Of a DNA stretch of 32,000 nt, positions 8,980 through 18,881 are shown piece by piece (the first letter of the stretch is position 1; each line of letters begins with the position of its first letter). The DNA is taken from NCBI RefSeq assembly GCF_964059045.1, contig NZ_OZ060402.1, positions 574,949 through 606,948 on the forward strand, in the 5' to 3' direction. The stretch comes from Candidatus Saccharimonadota bacterium. Lineage in GTDB: Bacteria > Pseudomonadota > Gammaproteobacteria > Enterobacterales > Enterobacteriaceae. Made by a program: the position numbers and the translations under genes. Under the pieces are notes generated by a model. It was not told the origin of the DNA. It was given only the letters and a program-made list of their open reading frames with translations, and did not search any database.

Positions 8980-9738
8980 TTGTATTTAAAAAACTATAAA
9001 ATTTATATTTTGAATCAAAATTCGAATAAAAGTATTTATTTTTTACATTTAAAAAATGATTTAAATGAAAATTTAACTATTGATTATATTGATAACAAAT
9101 ATCAAATTTTTCAACGTAATGAAAAAAATGTTAAAAAAATATGGATTGAATTTAATTCAAAAAAATTAAATTACAGAACAAATCAAAAACAAAAAAAAGA
9201 ACCTTTAGCTAAAGCCGTAGGCATTAAAAAAAATTATTACCCAAATATTTTAGATGCAACTGCAGGATTTGGCACAGACGCTTTTATATTAGCTTCATTA
9301 GGATGCCAAGTTTTAATGTTAGAAAGAAATCCTATTGTCGCCATTTTATTAGCTAATGGTTTAGATAGAGGATTTAAAAATAAAAAAATAGGAAAATGGC
9401 TTAAAAAAAAATTATCTTTACTGTATACATCTAGTGAAAAATTTTTAATTCAAACAAAAACTATACCTGATGTGATATATTTAGATCCTATGTTTCCAAT
9501 CATTAAAAAAAAAGCAAAATCAAAAAAAACAATAAATATTTTAAAAACTATTGTAAAAGAACAAGATAATTCTAATTTATTATTAAATCCTGCTAGATTA
9601 CTAGCTAAAAAACGAGTAGTTGTTAAAAGACCTTTGCATGCTCCTTTTTTAAATAATGTAAAAACATATTCAATTATAAAAACTAAAAAACATCGTTTTG
9701 ATATTTACCAACCATTTAATAAAGAATATAATAAATAA
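8980..9738 (+). CDS. rsmJ: 16S rRNA (guanine1516-N2)-methyltransferase
   Basis: LAKAVGIKK.Y.P...DATAG.G.DAF.LAS.GC.V.MLERNP, YLDPMFP and RVVVKRP match E. coli RsmJ (YhiQ). There is no in-frame ATG near the N-terminus, so a TTG start at 8980 is assumed and the start is uncertain. Confidence 0.85.
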   Translation: MYLKNYKIYILNQNSNKSIYFLHLKNDLNENLTIDYIDNKYQIFQRNEKNVKKIWIEFNSKKLNYRTNQKQKKEPLAKAVGIKKNYYPNILDATAGFGTDAFILASLGCQVLMLERNPIVAILLANGLDRGFKNKKIGKWLKKKLSLLYTSSEKFLIQTKTIPDVIYLDPMFPIIKKKAKSKKTINILKTIVKEQDNSNLLLNPARLLAKKRVVVKRPLHAPFLNNVKTYSIIKTKKHRFDIYQPFNKEYNK

Positions 9739-10000
9739 TATTTAAATATTTTTATATTAGTTGTATATTCCAACATTTATCACATTCTAAAAAAAATCTT
9801 AAAATTTTTATACTATTTTAAAATAAATAAAATACATTACATATAAAACATCATTGTAGTTTTTCAAATAATTAATATAATAATATCTTTTAAATTATTA
9901 ATAATTTATAATCAAATTTAAAACTATATGAATAAAAATTAAAAAATATTATATATTAGTATTATTCCTTCAAATAAAAAATCAATTAATAATATAAATA

Positions 10001-11479
10001 TTATAAAATCTTAAATAACATCCAATACAATAAACCAGATAAAAAAATAGAAATAGGAATTGTTAAAACCCAGGCCAGAAAAATATTTTTTACAGTTTTT
10101 AACTGTATACCACCTCTACTAATCAACATTACACCCATTACTGCAGATGATGAAATATGAGTAGTAGATACTGGAAAACCTACATAATTAGCTAAACCTA
10201 TTGATATTGATGAAGTCATCTGAATTGATATAGCTTGTCCATATGTCATATTTTTTTGTCCTATTTTTTTACCAATAGTCACAGATATTCGACGCCACCC
10301 AATAATAGATCCTATAGATAAAAAAAATGCTACCATAAAAATAATCCATAAAGGAGCATATTCAGTCGATTTTAAGATATTAAATTGTAATTTTTTTAAA
10401 AATATTTTATCTCCTTGATTTATATTTGATAAAATTAATTTTTTATTAATATGATTAGATATTAATAACAATAATCGATGAATATATATACGTTCTGTAA
10501 TACCTAATTGACGATAATTAGATACATTATTCATAATATGATTAACATAATTCATACTACTTAAAAATGGATCATCATAATAAGAATATTTTGAATAAAA
10601 ATGTTTTTTGATTGAAACTGAATATGAATTCATTGCATGTAAATTATTTAATTGATAATATTCTTTAAAATATTTTATACTCTTTTGAGTATGAATTATT
10701 TCCACAGGTGCTGAATTTAAATTCAATACAAAATAACCTGGAAGTATACTCATTAAAATTAACATAATTAAACCAATACTTTTTTGACCGTCATTAGAAC
10801 CATGAGCATAACTTAAACCAATAGCTGATAAAATTAATGTCATTTGTATTAAAAAAGGAGGTCTTGTCTTATTAAATTTGTTTTTATAAAATACTGGATC
10901 CATATTTATAATATTGTTATATTTTAAAATCATTTTTAAAGAACGCAATAAAAAAACAAAAAACAAAGCAATAAAAAAACCAAAAAAAGGAGAACAAATA
11001 AGAACAATAAATATGTTTTTTATATGTATAACATTAATTGAATTTAACAAAGAACAATGAAATAATATAGAGTTTGCAAAACCTATACCAATTATTGATC
11101 CTATTAAAGCATGAGAACTAGATGAAGGTAAACGATAATACCATGAAAATAAATTTAATAACATAACAACTAATAAAATAAAAAAAATTACTAAAAATCT
11201 ATGAAAAAAACTTAAATTTAATAATACTTCTATCGGTAACAAATGTACTATAGTATAAGCAATACTTAAACCTCCTAAAATAACACCAAAAAAATTAAAA
11301 ACACTAGCCATGATTACAGCTATATTCGAAGACATAGAACGAGTATAAATCACTGTAATAACTGAATTTGCAATATCATGAAAACCATTGACAATTTCGT
11401 AAACACATACAAATATTAATGATAGTATTAAAAAATAAAATGAATGGAAATCAAAAATAAAAATCGAAGAAAATAACAT
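10001..11479 (-). CDS. pitA: low-affinity inorganic phosphate transporter
   Basis: YE.VNGFHD.AN...TVIYTR.M, SSSHALIG.IIGIG, HG.NDGQK.IGL, EYAP.WII and STTH.SS match E. coli PitA. I chose the ATG at 11479 (ML...) because it aligns with the E. coli N-terminus as recalled. The ATG at 11494 and the TTG at 11530 are alternatives. Confidence 0.88.
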   Translation of the reverse strand: MLFSSIFIFDFHSFYFLILSLIFVCVYEIVNGFHDIANSVITVIYTRSMSSNIAVIMASVFNFFGVILGGLSIAYTIVHLLPIEVLLNLSFFHRFLVIFFILLVVMLLNLFSWYYRLPSSSSHALIGSIIGIGFANSILFHCSLLNSINVIHIKNIFIVLICSPFFGFFIALFFVFLLRSLKMILKYNNIINMDPVFYKNKFNKTRPPFLIQMTLILSAIGLSYAHGSNDGQKSIGLIMLILMSILPGYFVLNLNSAPVEIIHTQKSIKYFKEYYQLNNLHAMNSYSVSIKKHFYSKYSYYDDPFLSSMNYVNHIMNNVSNYRQLGITERIYIHRLLLLISNHINKKLILSNINQGDKIFLKKLQFNILKSTEYAPLWIIFMVAFFLSIGSIIGWRRISVTIGKKIGQKNMTYGQAISIQMTSSISIGLANYVGFPVSTTHISSSAVMGVMLISRGGIQLKTVKNIFLAWVLTIPISIFLSGLLYWMLFKIL

Positions 11480-11688
11480 AAAACTTAAATCCATTATAAA
11501 TATATAAACTATTTTTATTATCTGTGACAAATTATGATATAGAAAGCAAAATATATAATTTTAATAAAAAATAAAATTTATCAATGTCAAAATGATAGAA
11601 TATTAAAACAAATTATTATCTATCATTTTTTTATCTTATTTTTATCATTGATAATAATTCATACAATGAAAATAAAATTACAAATTAA

Positions 11689-12884
11689 TTATTTTAATTT
11701 TATTGTTAGCCAAAAGGAAATTATCAATAAACTCATCACAAAAATTGAAATCCCTAACCATCCTCCGAAAAACCAAAAATAACCTCCAACACTGCCAAAA
11801 AAACTAGAACCTAAATAATAAAAAAACAAATAAAATGAAAGTGAACCACTTCTTGATAACTTAGAACGATAACCTACCCAACTGCTAACTACAGAGTGAG
11901 CAGCAAAAAAACCACCAGCAAAAAATACTAATCCTATAATTACCAATAATAACTGATTCCATTCTGTAATCAAAATACCAATAACCATTAATAATAATGC
12001 AATATGTAAAATAAAGATCCGATGATATTTTTCAGTTAACATACCTGCTTTAGGAGAAGTATAGACTCCTATTAAATATACTACTGACAAAAATCCTAAC
12101 ATGCCTTGATTAAGATCAAAAGGATCAATAACTAAACGATATCCTATATAATTAAATATAGTGATAAAACCACCCATAAGAATAAAACCTATAAGAAATA
12201 ATTTTGACAAAATAGAATCTTGACATTGTAAAATAAAATTTCTCAATAAATTTTCAAAAATAAATGGTTGTGATTTAAAATTTTTAGATATTGGTAATAA
12301 ATACAAAAATAATATTGAACTGAAAAAAGAAAAAAATCCAACTACCATTAGAGAAACATTCCATGAAAAAATATTTGATAAAATACTAGTAATAATTCTA
12401 CCTAAAAAACCACCAATTGTATTACCACTAATATATAAACCAATAGATAATGACAATACTGTTGGATCTATTTCTTCAGTCAAATATGTCATCGCAACAC
12501 TCACCACACCACTTAATGATAAACCAGTTAAAATACGCATAAAAATAATACCTTCCCAGCTATTCATTAAAGCACATAATATAGTGAATATAGATGCTAA
12601 AAATAAAGAACTAGACATAATAATTTTCCGACCATATACATCAGATAATGGACTAGTTAACAACATACCAAGAGCCATTGTAATAGTAGACCCTGATAAT
12701 GAAAAACTACTCTGTAAAGGTGTTAAATGAAATGTATGAGAAAACAACGGTAAAATTGGTTGAACAGAATATAATGTAGCAAATGTAGATAATCCTGCTG
12801 TAAAAAAAGCAGCTGTTACAGAACTAAATGAGCCAGTTCCTCGTCTTATGTATTTTTTTTTTTATTAATCATCATATCACACAT
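11689..12884 (-). CDS. ynfM: MFS transporter YnfM-like, reading frame interrupted by an A11 homopolymer near the 5' end (frameshifted; possibly rescued by slippage)
   Basis: The 352-codon body (11689-12747) is intact. The same frame stays open upstream to 12861 and encodes YIRRGTGSFSSVTAAFFTAGLSTFATLYSVQPILP, which matches E. coli YnfM FIQRGTPQF...LFSAGLATFALLYCVQPILP. That stretch has no start codon. The only ATGs (12884, 12875, 12872) are in another frame and join through the poly(A) tract at 12853-12863. Confidence 0.8.
12853..12863 (-). other. 11-nt poly(A) tract (poly(T) on + strand) at the ynfM frameshift site
   Basis: I counted 11 consecutive T on the + strand. Twelve or nine A would place the ATG ATG ATT AAT start in frame with the conserved YnfM body. 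Confidence 0.9.
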
Positions 12885-13077
12885 GTTAGGAAGTATATTA
12901 TTCTTATTATTTATTTTTTTTTGAAATTAACCAATATTGTTAATTTTTGTAATAATTTCATAAAAAAATCATTCTTGGATATTATTTATAATTATAAATA
13001 ATTTTCATAAATAAAAAATAAAAATTTATTATTTAAAATGTTCTTATATTTTTATTTTCAATAATCATAGTAATCTT

Positions 13078-13935
13078 TTATGATGTAATAAATATAGTTC
13101 CATCATAAACATAATTAGCTGAACCTGTCATATATAATTTACTACCAACACCTTTCCAAATAATTTTTAAAGATCCACCAATTAAATCAACTTGAACATG
13201 TGAACTTAACAAATTCTGATTAATCCCTACAGCCACTGCTGCACAAGCTCCACTGCCACAAGATTTGGTTTCTCCTACTCCTCTTTCATAAACACGAAGT
13301 TTGATATGACCAGGAGTGATTATTTGAACAAAACCAACATTGACATTTTCAGGAAACAAATGATGTTTTTCTATCAAAGGTCCAAAAATATTAATTTTTG
13401 GATCATTAATATTATCAACTATAATAACACAATGAGGATTACCAAAAGAAACTACACCAAAATAAAATATCGTTTTTTTAATCAACAAAGAATAATAAAT
13501 ATTTATTTTATCAGTCAAAAATGGAATATTTTTTGGAATAAAATCCGGTTGACCCATATCTACTAATACATTTTGAAAATCAATTACTTCACAAATCATA
13601 TGACTTTTTTGAGTAGCAATTGAAATTTTTTTTTTATTACTTAATTGTTTTAAATGCACAAACAAAGCAAAACAACGAGCTCCATTTCCACATTGTGAAA
13701 CTTCCTCTCCATTAGCATTAAAAATCCGATAATAAAAATCAATATGATTACTTTGACTTTTTTCAACTAATAATAATTGATCAAAACCTACTCCTAAATT
13801 GCGATTAGATAAATTAATAATTGTACTTTTAGATAAAGAAATTTTTTGAGAAATTAAATCTATTACCATAAAATCATTACCTAATGCTTGCATTTTAGTG
13901 AAACTAATTTTTTTTATTGATTTTTTTCTTTCCAT
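13078..13935 (-). CDS. dapF: diaminopimelate epimerase
   Basis: F.KM..LGNDFMV.D, GVGFDQLL.VE, F.YRIFNA.G.EV.QCGNGARCFA, GNPHCV, R.RVYERG.GET..CGSGACAAVAVG and LYMTG...VYDG match E. coli DapF. Both catalytic Cys are present. Confidence 0.94.
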   Translation of the reverse strand: MERKKSIKKISFTKMQALGNDFMVIDLISQKISLSKSTIINLSNRNLGVGFDQLLLVEKSQSNHIDFYYRIFNANGEEVSQCGNGARCFALFVHLKQLSNKKKISIATQKSHMICEVIDFQNVLVDMGQPDFIPKNIPFLTDKINIYYSLLIKKTIFYFGVVSFGNPHCVIIVDNINDPKINIFGPLIEKHHLFPENVNVGFVQIITPGHIKLRVYERGVGETKSCGSGACAAVAVGINQNLLSSHVQVDLIGGSLKIIWKGVGSKLYMTGSANYVYDGTIFITS

Positions 13936-13979
13936 TTATTATCCTAAATGTCAATGTTTAATTAAATTAAATTTGATAA

Positions 13980-14312
13980 ATGAAAAATAAACAATATCAT
14001 CAATTAGTTGATGAAATAATGCTAAAAATAGAAAATTGTTTAGATTTATATATGAATTCACATGATATCGATTATGAAATTAACCATAACATGTTAGTTA
14101 TTGAATTTAAAAATAAAAATCAAATCATTATTAACAAACAAGAATTTCTACAAGAAATTTGGGTAGCTACAAAAACTACAGGATACCATTTTAAATATGA
14201 TAATTATAATTGGATTTGTACAAAAACCAATATAAATTTTTGGGTAATTATAGAAAAAATCTTTTTTTTAGAATGTAATATAAAATTTTTTTTTAATTCA
14301 AACATAATATAA
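13980..14312 (+). CDS. cyaY: iron-sulfur cluster assembly protein CyaY (frataxin homologue)
   Basis: This is a 110-aa ORF. DIDYEIN...L.I.F.N...IIN.QE.L...W.ATK..GYHF....WIC matches E. coli CyaY. It is divergent from dapF, as in E. coli. Confidence 0.88.
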   Translation: MKNKQYHQLVDEIMLKIENCLDLYMNSHDIDYEINHNMLVIEFKNKNQIIINKQEFLQEIWVATKTTGYHFKYDNYNWICTKTNINFWVIIEKIFFLECNIKFFFNSNII

Positions 14313-14466
14313 AATATACTCTATTTTTTATTTATTATATAAAATAAATTATTTAATTTTTAAAAAAAAAGTTCTTAATATGATAATTTATAAATTATTT
14401 GAAATAGTTTAAAAATTGTTTGTGTAATTGTTGATAACAATACAACAAAAAAAATAAAAATAAAGT

Positions 14467-15426
14467 ATGAAAAAAATACTTAGAATTGCTACTCGAAACA
14501 GTCCACTTGCATTAACACAAGCTAATTTTATTCGAGATAAATTATTATTTTTTTATCCAGATTGGCATATATATCTCATACCAATTACTACATATGGAGA
14601 TACTATATTAAACAAATCACTAGCTAAAATTGGTGGAAAAGGACTATTTATGAAAGAATTAGAAATAGCTCTATTACAAAATCAAGCAGATATAGCTATA
14701 CATTCTATGAAAGATGTTCCAGTATATAATAATAAAGAACTGTGTTTTTCTAGCATTTGTAAAAGAGAAAATGCTCTAGATGCTTTTATTTCCAATCATT
14801 ACCATTCTATTGATTCTTTACCATATGGTGCAAAAATAGGAACTTCTAGTTTAAGAAGACAATGTCAATTAATAGCTTATCGTCCAGATTTAATTTTTAT
14901 ACCTTTAAGAGGTAATATAGAAACAAGATTAAAAAAATTAGATAAAAAAAAATATGATGCAATTATTTTAGCTAAAGCTGGATTAAATCGATTAGGATTA
15001 AGAAATCGAATATCTCAAACTATTCCTGCGGAAATATCTCTTCCATCTTGTGGGCAAGGAGCAATAGGAATTCAATCTAGATCCAATGATAAAAAAATCA
15101 TTATTCTTTTAAAAATATTAAATGATAAAACTACTAATATAGAAATTACAGCAGAAAGAGCATTTTGTAAAAAATTACAATCTGGATGTCAAATACCTGT
15201 GGGGAGTTATGCAATTTTAAAAAAAAATAAATTATGGTTAAGAGGTTTTATTGGATTACCTGATGGTACAAAAATATTACATGGAGAAAGAATTGGAACC
15301 ATGAATCTAGTTAAAAAAATGGGATATTCATTAGCTAAAGAACTATTTCAAAATGGTGCTAAAAAAATATTAAAAAAAATTAATATTAATAATATTAATA
15401 TCAAAAATGAAAGTATTAATTACTAG
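14467..15426 (+). CDS. hemC: porphobilinogen deaminase (hydroxymethylbilane synthase)
   Basis: LRIATR.SPLAL.QA, GD.IL...[16 protein letters not shown]....ADIA.HSMKD.P, GTSSLRR.CQL and RGN..TRL.KLD are present, and the cofactor-binding Cys sits in SGCQ.P.G. These match E. coli HemC. Confidence 0.94.
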   Translation: MKKILRIATRNSPLALTQANFIRDKLLFFYPDWHIYLIPITTYGDTILNKSLAKIGGKGLFMKELEIALLQNQADIAIHSMKDVPVYNNKELCFSSICKRENALDAFISNHYHSIDSLPYGAKIGTSSLRRQCQLIAYRPDLIFIPLRGNIETRLKKLDKKKYDAIILAKAGLNRLGLRNRISQTIPAEISLPSCGQGAIGIQSRSNDKKIIILLKILNDKTTNIEITAERAFCKKLQSGCQIPVGSYAILKKNKLWLRGFIGLPDGTKILHGERIGTMNLVKKMGYSLAKELFQNGAKKILKKININNINIKNESINY

Positions 15427-16171
15427 ACCTATTAGCGAATCAATCGAATTAAAAACAATTTTAAGATCAGTCGGTATCCGAGCTTGGTCTTTTCCTATTC
15501 TTGAATTTTTTCCTAGTTTAGGACTAAAAGCATTATCAAAAAAAATAAAAATAATCAATAAAAATGATTTTATTGTTATCACTTCTAAAAAAGCTATAGA
15601 ATACTCATCAAATTATTTGAAAAATAATTATATTGAATGGCCATCCCATGCTGAATATTATACTATTGGAAAAGGATCTGCAGATTTTTTTAAAAAAAAT
15701 AGTGGTTATATTGCAAAATATCCTACTAAAAATGAAAATAGTGAAACATTATTAAAAATAATTAATTTAAATCAAATTAAGAATAAAAATATTATTATAT
15801 TAAAAGGAAATCGAGGAAGAAAATTGTTAGAAAAAACTTTTAAAAAAAATGGCGCTAATGTTATATTAATTGAATGTTATCAAAGAAAAATTAAAAATAT
15901 TAATTATAAAATAGAAATTTTAAAATGGAAAAAAAATAATATCAATACACTAGTTATTACTAATAATGAAGTTTTACAAGAACTATATAAAATTTTTTAT
16001 TTTTTAAAAACTGAAAAATGGTTTTTAAAATGTACACTTTTAGTTATTAGTGAGAGATTAAAATATCTAGCTAAAAAATTAGGATATAAAAATATTCATA
16101 TTGCAAAAAATGCAAACAATCAAACATTGCTAAAAAAATTAATTGAAATAAAACAACAAAAAAAAAAATAA
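15407..16171 (+). CDS. hemD: uroporphyrinogen-III synthase
   Basis: M..L.TRP......L...L...G..AW.FP..EF.P and L....L.VISERL..LA..LG...I..A.NA.N..LL..L are collinear with E. coli HemD. The gene overlaps the hemC 3' end by 20 nt. Confidence 0.85.
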   Translation: MKVLITRPISESIELKTILRSVGIRAWSFPILEFFPSLGLKALSKKIKIINKNDFIVITSKKAIEYSSNYLKNNYIEWPSHAEYYTIGKGSADFFKKNSGYIAKYPTKNENSETLLKIINLNQIKNKNIIILKGNRGRKLLEKTFKKNGANVILIECYQRKIKNINYKIEILKWKKNNINTLVITNNEVLQELYKIFYFLKTEKWFLKCTLLVISERLKYLAKKLGYKNIHIAKNANNQTLLKKLIEIKQQKKK

Positions 16172-16198
16172 ATATTTCAATATAAAAATAAATCATCA

Positions 16199-16275
16199 TG
16201 GTCGGCGAAAGAGGATTTGAACCTCTGACCCACTGGTCCCAAACCAGTTGCGCTACCAAGCTGCGCTATTCGCCG
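16199..16275 (-). tRNA. proM: tRNA-Pro (anticodon UGG)
   Basis: The minus strand reads cggcgaatagcgcagcttggtagcgcaactggtttgggaccagtgggtcagaggttcaaatcctctttcgccgacca. The anticodon loop is ttTGGga and the 3' CCA is encoded. It is near-identical to E. coli proM. Confidence 0.95.
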
Positions 16276-16356
16276 TATACAAGAAAAATATTTTGATATT
16301 TTTTTAACTTAAACATTAATAATAAATAATAAAAATATAATATATTTATTTTTTTT

Positions 16357-16433
16357 TGGGGTGGTTAATGGGATTTGAACCCATGACCGCTGGAATCACA
16401 ATCCAGAGCTCTACCAACTGAGCTATAACCACC
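16357..16433 (-). tRNA. hisR: tRNA-His (anticodon GUG)
   Basis: The minus strand reads ggtggttatagctcagttggtagagctctggattgtgattccagcggtcatgggttcaaatcccattaaccacccca. The extra G-1 pairs with C73, the anticodon loop is ttGTGat, and the CCA is encoded. Confidence 0.95.
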
Positions 16434-16479
16434 ACAAAAATTAACTAAAAATTATTGATTATTATATCTAATTATCTTC

Positions 16480-16553
16480 TGCGCTCGACAGGATTTGAAC
16501 CTGATACCTCTACTTTCGGAAAGTAGTGCTCTATCCATCTAAGCTACGAGCGC
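16480..16553 (-). tRNA. argX: tRNA-Arg (anticodon CCG)
   Basis: The minus strand reads gcgctcgtagcttagatggatagagcactactttccgaaagtagaggtatcaggttcaaatcctgtcgagcgca. The anticodon loop is ttCCGaa. No CCA is encoded; gaa follows the discriminator A. Confidence 0.93.
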
Positions 16554-16576
16554 ATAGTTATAGATTAGAACAACTC

Positions 16577-16605
16577 ATTTTATTAAAATAATAATACAAT
16601 GTCTA
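16577..16605 (-). promoter_or_regulatory. candidate sigma70 promoter of the tRNA Arg-His-Pro operon (TAGACA-17 nt-TAAAAT)
   Basis: On the minus strand, tagaca (16605..16600), a 17-nt spacer and taaaat (16582..16577) are present. The -10 element lies 23 nt upstream of the mature tRNA-Arg 5' end. The call rests on the motif only. Confidence 0.3.
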
Positions 16606-16972
16606 GTATTTTTTAAAAATTATTTTTAATTTAATATTTATGAAACTAATTTTTCATTTAATTTTTTATATAATACAAAAATATTATTGTTATTCATAAA
16701 AAAATTAATTCTTTAAAATATTTAATATATAAAATATATGTCAGTTAAAATTTATTTTGATTTATTAAATAATCATATCTATAAAAATTTAATAAAAATA
16801 TAGCAACCAATATATTTATTTTTTATAAAATTTTAAAAAAAATAAATAATATAATCTATATATTAAAAATTAAATTATATAACATATTAAATCTGTATTT
16901 AAAATTAAATAATTTTTTAATAATTAAAATATAAAATCTTTTTAAAAAATAATAATATTATTCTTCTGACTA

Positions 16973-18232
16973 TTAAGATCTTTTCATCATATCAAAAAAT
17001 TCATGATTGGTTTTAGTCATAGATAATTTATTTATTAAAAATTCCATAGCATCAATTTCTCCCATAGGATGAATAATTTTTCTTAAAATCCACATTTTTT
17101 GTAATTCTTCAGGGAAAGTTAATAATTCTTCTTTTCTTGTTCCTGAACGGTTATAATCAATTGCAGGAAATACTCTTTTTTCTGCAATTTTTCGAGATAA
17201 TGGCAATTCCATATTACCAGTACCCTTAAATTCTTCATAAATTACTTCATCCATTTTTGAACCAGTATCAATTAAAGCTGTTGCAATAATTGTTAAACTA
17301 CCTCCTTCTTCTACATTACGAGCTGCTCCAAAAAATCTTTTAGGTCTATGTAACGCATTAGCATCTACTCCTCCAGTTAAAACTTTTCCAGAAGCAGGCA
17401 CCACTGTATTATATGCTCTAGCTAACCGAGTAATTGAATCAAGTAAAATAATTACATCTTTTTTATGTTCTACTAATCGTTTAGCTTTTTCAATAACCAT
17501 TTCAGCTACTTGAACATGTCTAGATGCTGGTTCATCAAACGTAGATGCTACAACTTCTCCTTTAACTAATCTATGCATTTCCGTTACTTCTTCAGGTCTT
17601 TCATCTATTAAGAGAACCATAAGTACACATTCAGGATGATTATAAGCAATACTCTGAGCTATATTTTGTAATAACATAGTTTTGCCTGCTTTAGGAGGAG
17701 CTACAATTAAACCTCTTTGCCCCCTACCAATTGGTGAAGCTAAATCTAATACTCTAGCAGTTAAATCTTCTGTAGAACCATTACCTCTTTCCATTCTTAA
17801 ACGAGAATTTGCATGTAAAGGAGTTAAATTTTCAAATAAGATTTTACTTCGAGCATTTTCAGGTTTATCGTAATTTACTGCATTTACTTTTAATAACGCA
17901 AAATATCGTTCTCCTTCTTTAGGAGGACGTATCTTTCCAGCTATAGTATCACCAGTACGTAAATTAAATCTACGAATTTGACTCGGAGAAACATAAATAT
18001 CATCAGGTCCAGCTAAATAAGAACTATCAGAAGAACGTAAAAAACCAAATCCGTCTTGTAATATTTCTAAAACGCCATTTCCAAATATATCTTCTCCACT
18101 TTTTGAATGTTGTTTTAATATAGAAAAAATAATATCTTGTTTCCGCATACGTGCTAAATTTTCCAGACCTATATTTTCGCCAAGAGTAATTAATTCAGAA
18201 ACTGTGGTATTTTTAAGTTCGGTAAGATTCAT
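16973..18232 (-). CDS. rho: transcription termination factor Rho
   Basis: This is a 419-aa ORF, the same length as E. coli Rho, and it is nearly identical throughout. Examples are [47 protein letters not shown] and the Walker A motif PPKAGKT. It is visibly more GC-rich than its neighbours. Confidence 0.98.
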   Translation of the reverse strand: MNLTELKNTTVSELITLGENIGLENLARMRKQDIIFSILKQHSKSGEDIFGNGVLEILQDGFGFLRSSDSSYLAGPDDIYVSPSQIRRFNLRTGDTIAGKIRPPKEGERYFALLKVNAVNYDKPENARSKILFENLTPLHANSRLRMERGNGSTEDLTARVLDLASPIGRGQRGLIVAPPKAGKTMLLQNIAQSIAYNHPECVLMVLLIDERPEEVTEMHRLVKGEVVASTFDEPASRHVQVAEMVIEKAKRLVEHKKDVIILLDSITRLARAYNTVVPASGKVLTGGVDANALHRPKRFFGAARNVEEGGSLTIIATALIDTGSKMDEVIYEEFKGTGNMELPLSRKIAEKRVFPAIDYNRSGTRKEELLTFPEELQKMWILRKIIHPMGEIDAMEFLINKLSMTKTNHEFFDMMKRS

Positions 18233-18408
18233 AATGGTGGGTGTCTTAGTAAACTTGAAGTAATTCTTGGAATGAAAATTAAAAATAATTTATTAAAGTA
18301 TCGATATATTAACTAAAATATTTATTTTTATAGAATTATTTATTTATGTAGGTAATATTTATACTTTAATTTAAAAACAATTATAACTTTTTTAATAAAA
18401 AAAATCTA

Positions 18409-18438
18409 GCGGTTTTTCTAGACTATAATAAAAACCGC
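18409..18438 (-). terminator. intrinsic terminator downstream of trxA / start of rho leader region
   Basis: The minus strand reads gcggttttt-attatagtctag-aaaaaccgc, a 9-bp stem with a GC-rich base, followed by tagattttttttatt. It begins 17 nt after the trxA stop. Confidence 0.6.
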
Positions 18439-18454
18439 AGATTCTATGTTAAAA

Positions 18455-18802
18455 TTAAGAACATGATTGATTATTTATGTACATCAATAAAAAATTTTTA
18501 AGTTCATATTTTGATAACATACCTATTTTTTTATCTATAATTTTATTATTTTTTAATAATAATAAAGTTGGCACGCTTTGAATAGAATACTTCACGCCTG
18601 TATTAGGATTTTTTTCAACATCTACCTTTCCTATAATTAAATTATGTTTAAATTCTTTTGAAATATCATCTAATATAGGTGATAACAATTTACAAGGATT
18701 ACACCATGAAGCCCAAAAATCAATTAAAATAAAACTAGATTCATTTAAAACATAACTGTCAAAATTACTATCATTTAAAATAATAATATTATCTGTATTC
18801 AT
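18455..18802 (-). CDS. trxA: thioredoxin 1
   Basis: This is a 115-aa ORF. DFWA.WC.PCK...P.L..I..E, NP........I...PTLLL and the overall layout match E. coli TrxA. The active site reads WCNPC rather than WCGPC. Confidence 0.92.
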   Translation of the reverse strand: MNTDNIIILNDSNFDSYVLNESSFILIDFWASWCNPCKLLSPILDDISKEFKHNLIIGKVDVEKNPNTGVKYSIQSVPTLLLLKNNKIIDKKIGMLSKYELKNFLLMYINNQSCS

Positions 18803-18881
18803 GTTAACTCTATATTTTTATATTTTATATAATAAAATAATAACAAATATTTAATTAATTTTAAATAAAAAAATAATGTTC

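Noticed and set aside
11589-11629. 11-bp stem hairpin (aaaatgataga / tctatcatttt, 19-nt loop) between ynfM and pitA as a terminator
   Set aside because: The stem is short and AT-only, the loop is large, and no U-tract follows. In this base composition it is indistinguishable from chance.
13306-13566. 86-aa ORF on the plus strand
   Set aside because: It is antisense, inside dapF.
15370-15582. 70-aa ORF on the minus strand
   Set aside because: It is antisense across the hemC/hemD junction.
16071-16259. 62-aa ORF on the minus strand
   Set aside because: It is made up of the tRNA-Pro gene plus antisense hemD sequence, so it is not a coding region.
17682-17873. 63-aa ORF on the plus strand
   Set aside because: It is antisense, inside the highly conserved rho gene.
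18233-18454. rhoL-type leader peptide upstream of rho
   Set aside because: There is no ATG anywhere in the minus-strand leader between the trxA terminator and the rho start codon.
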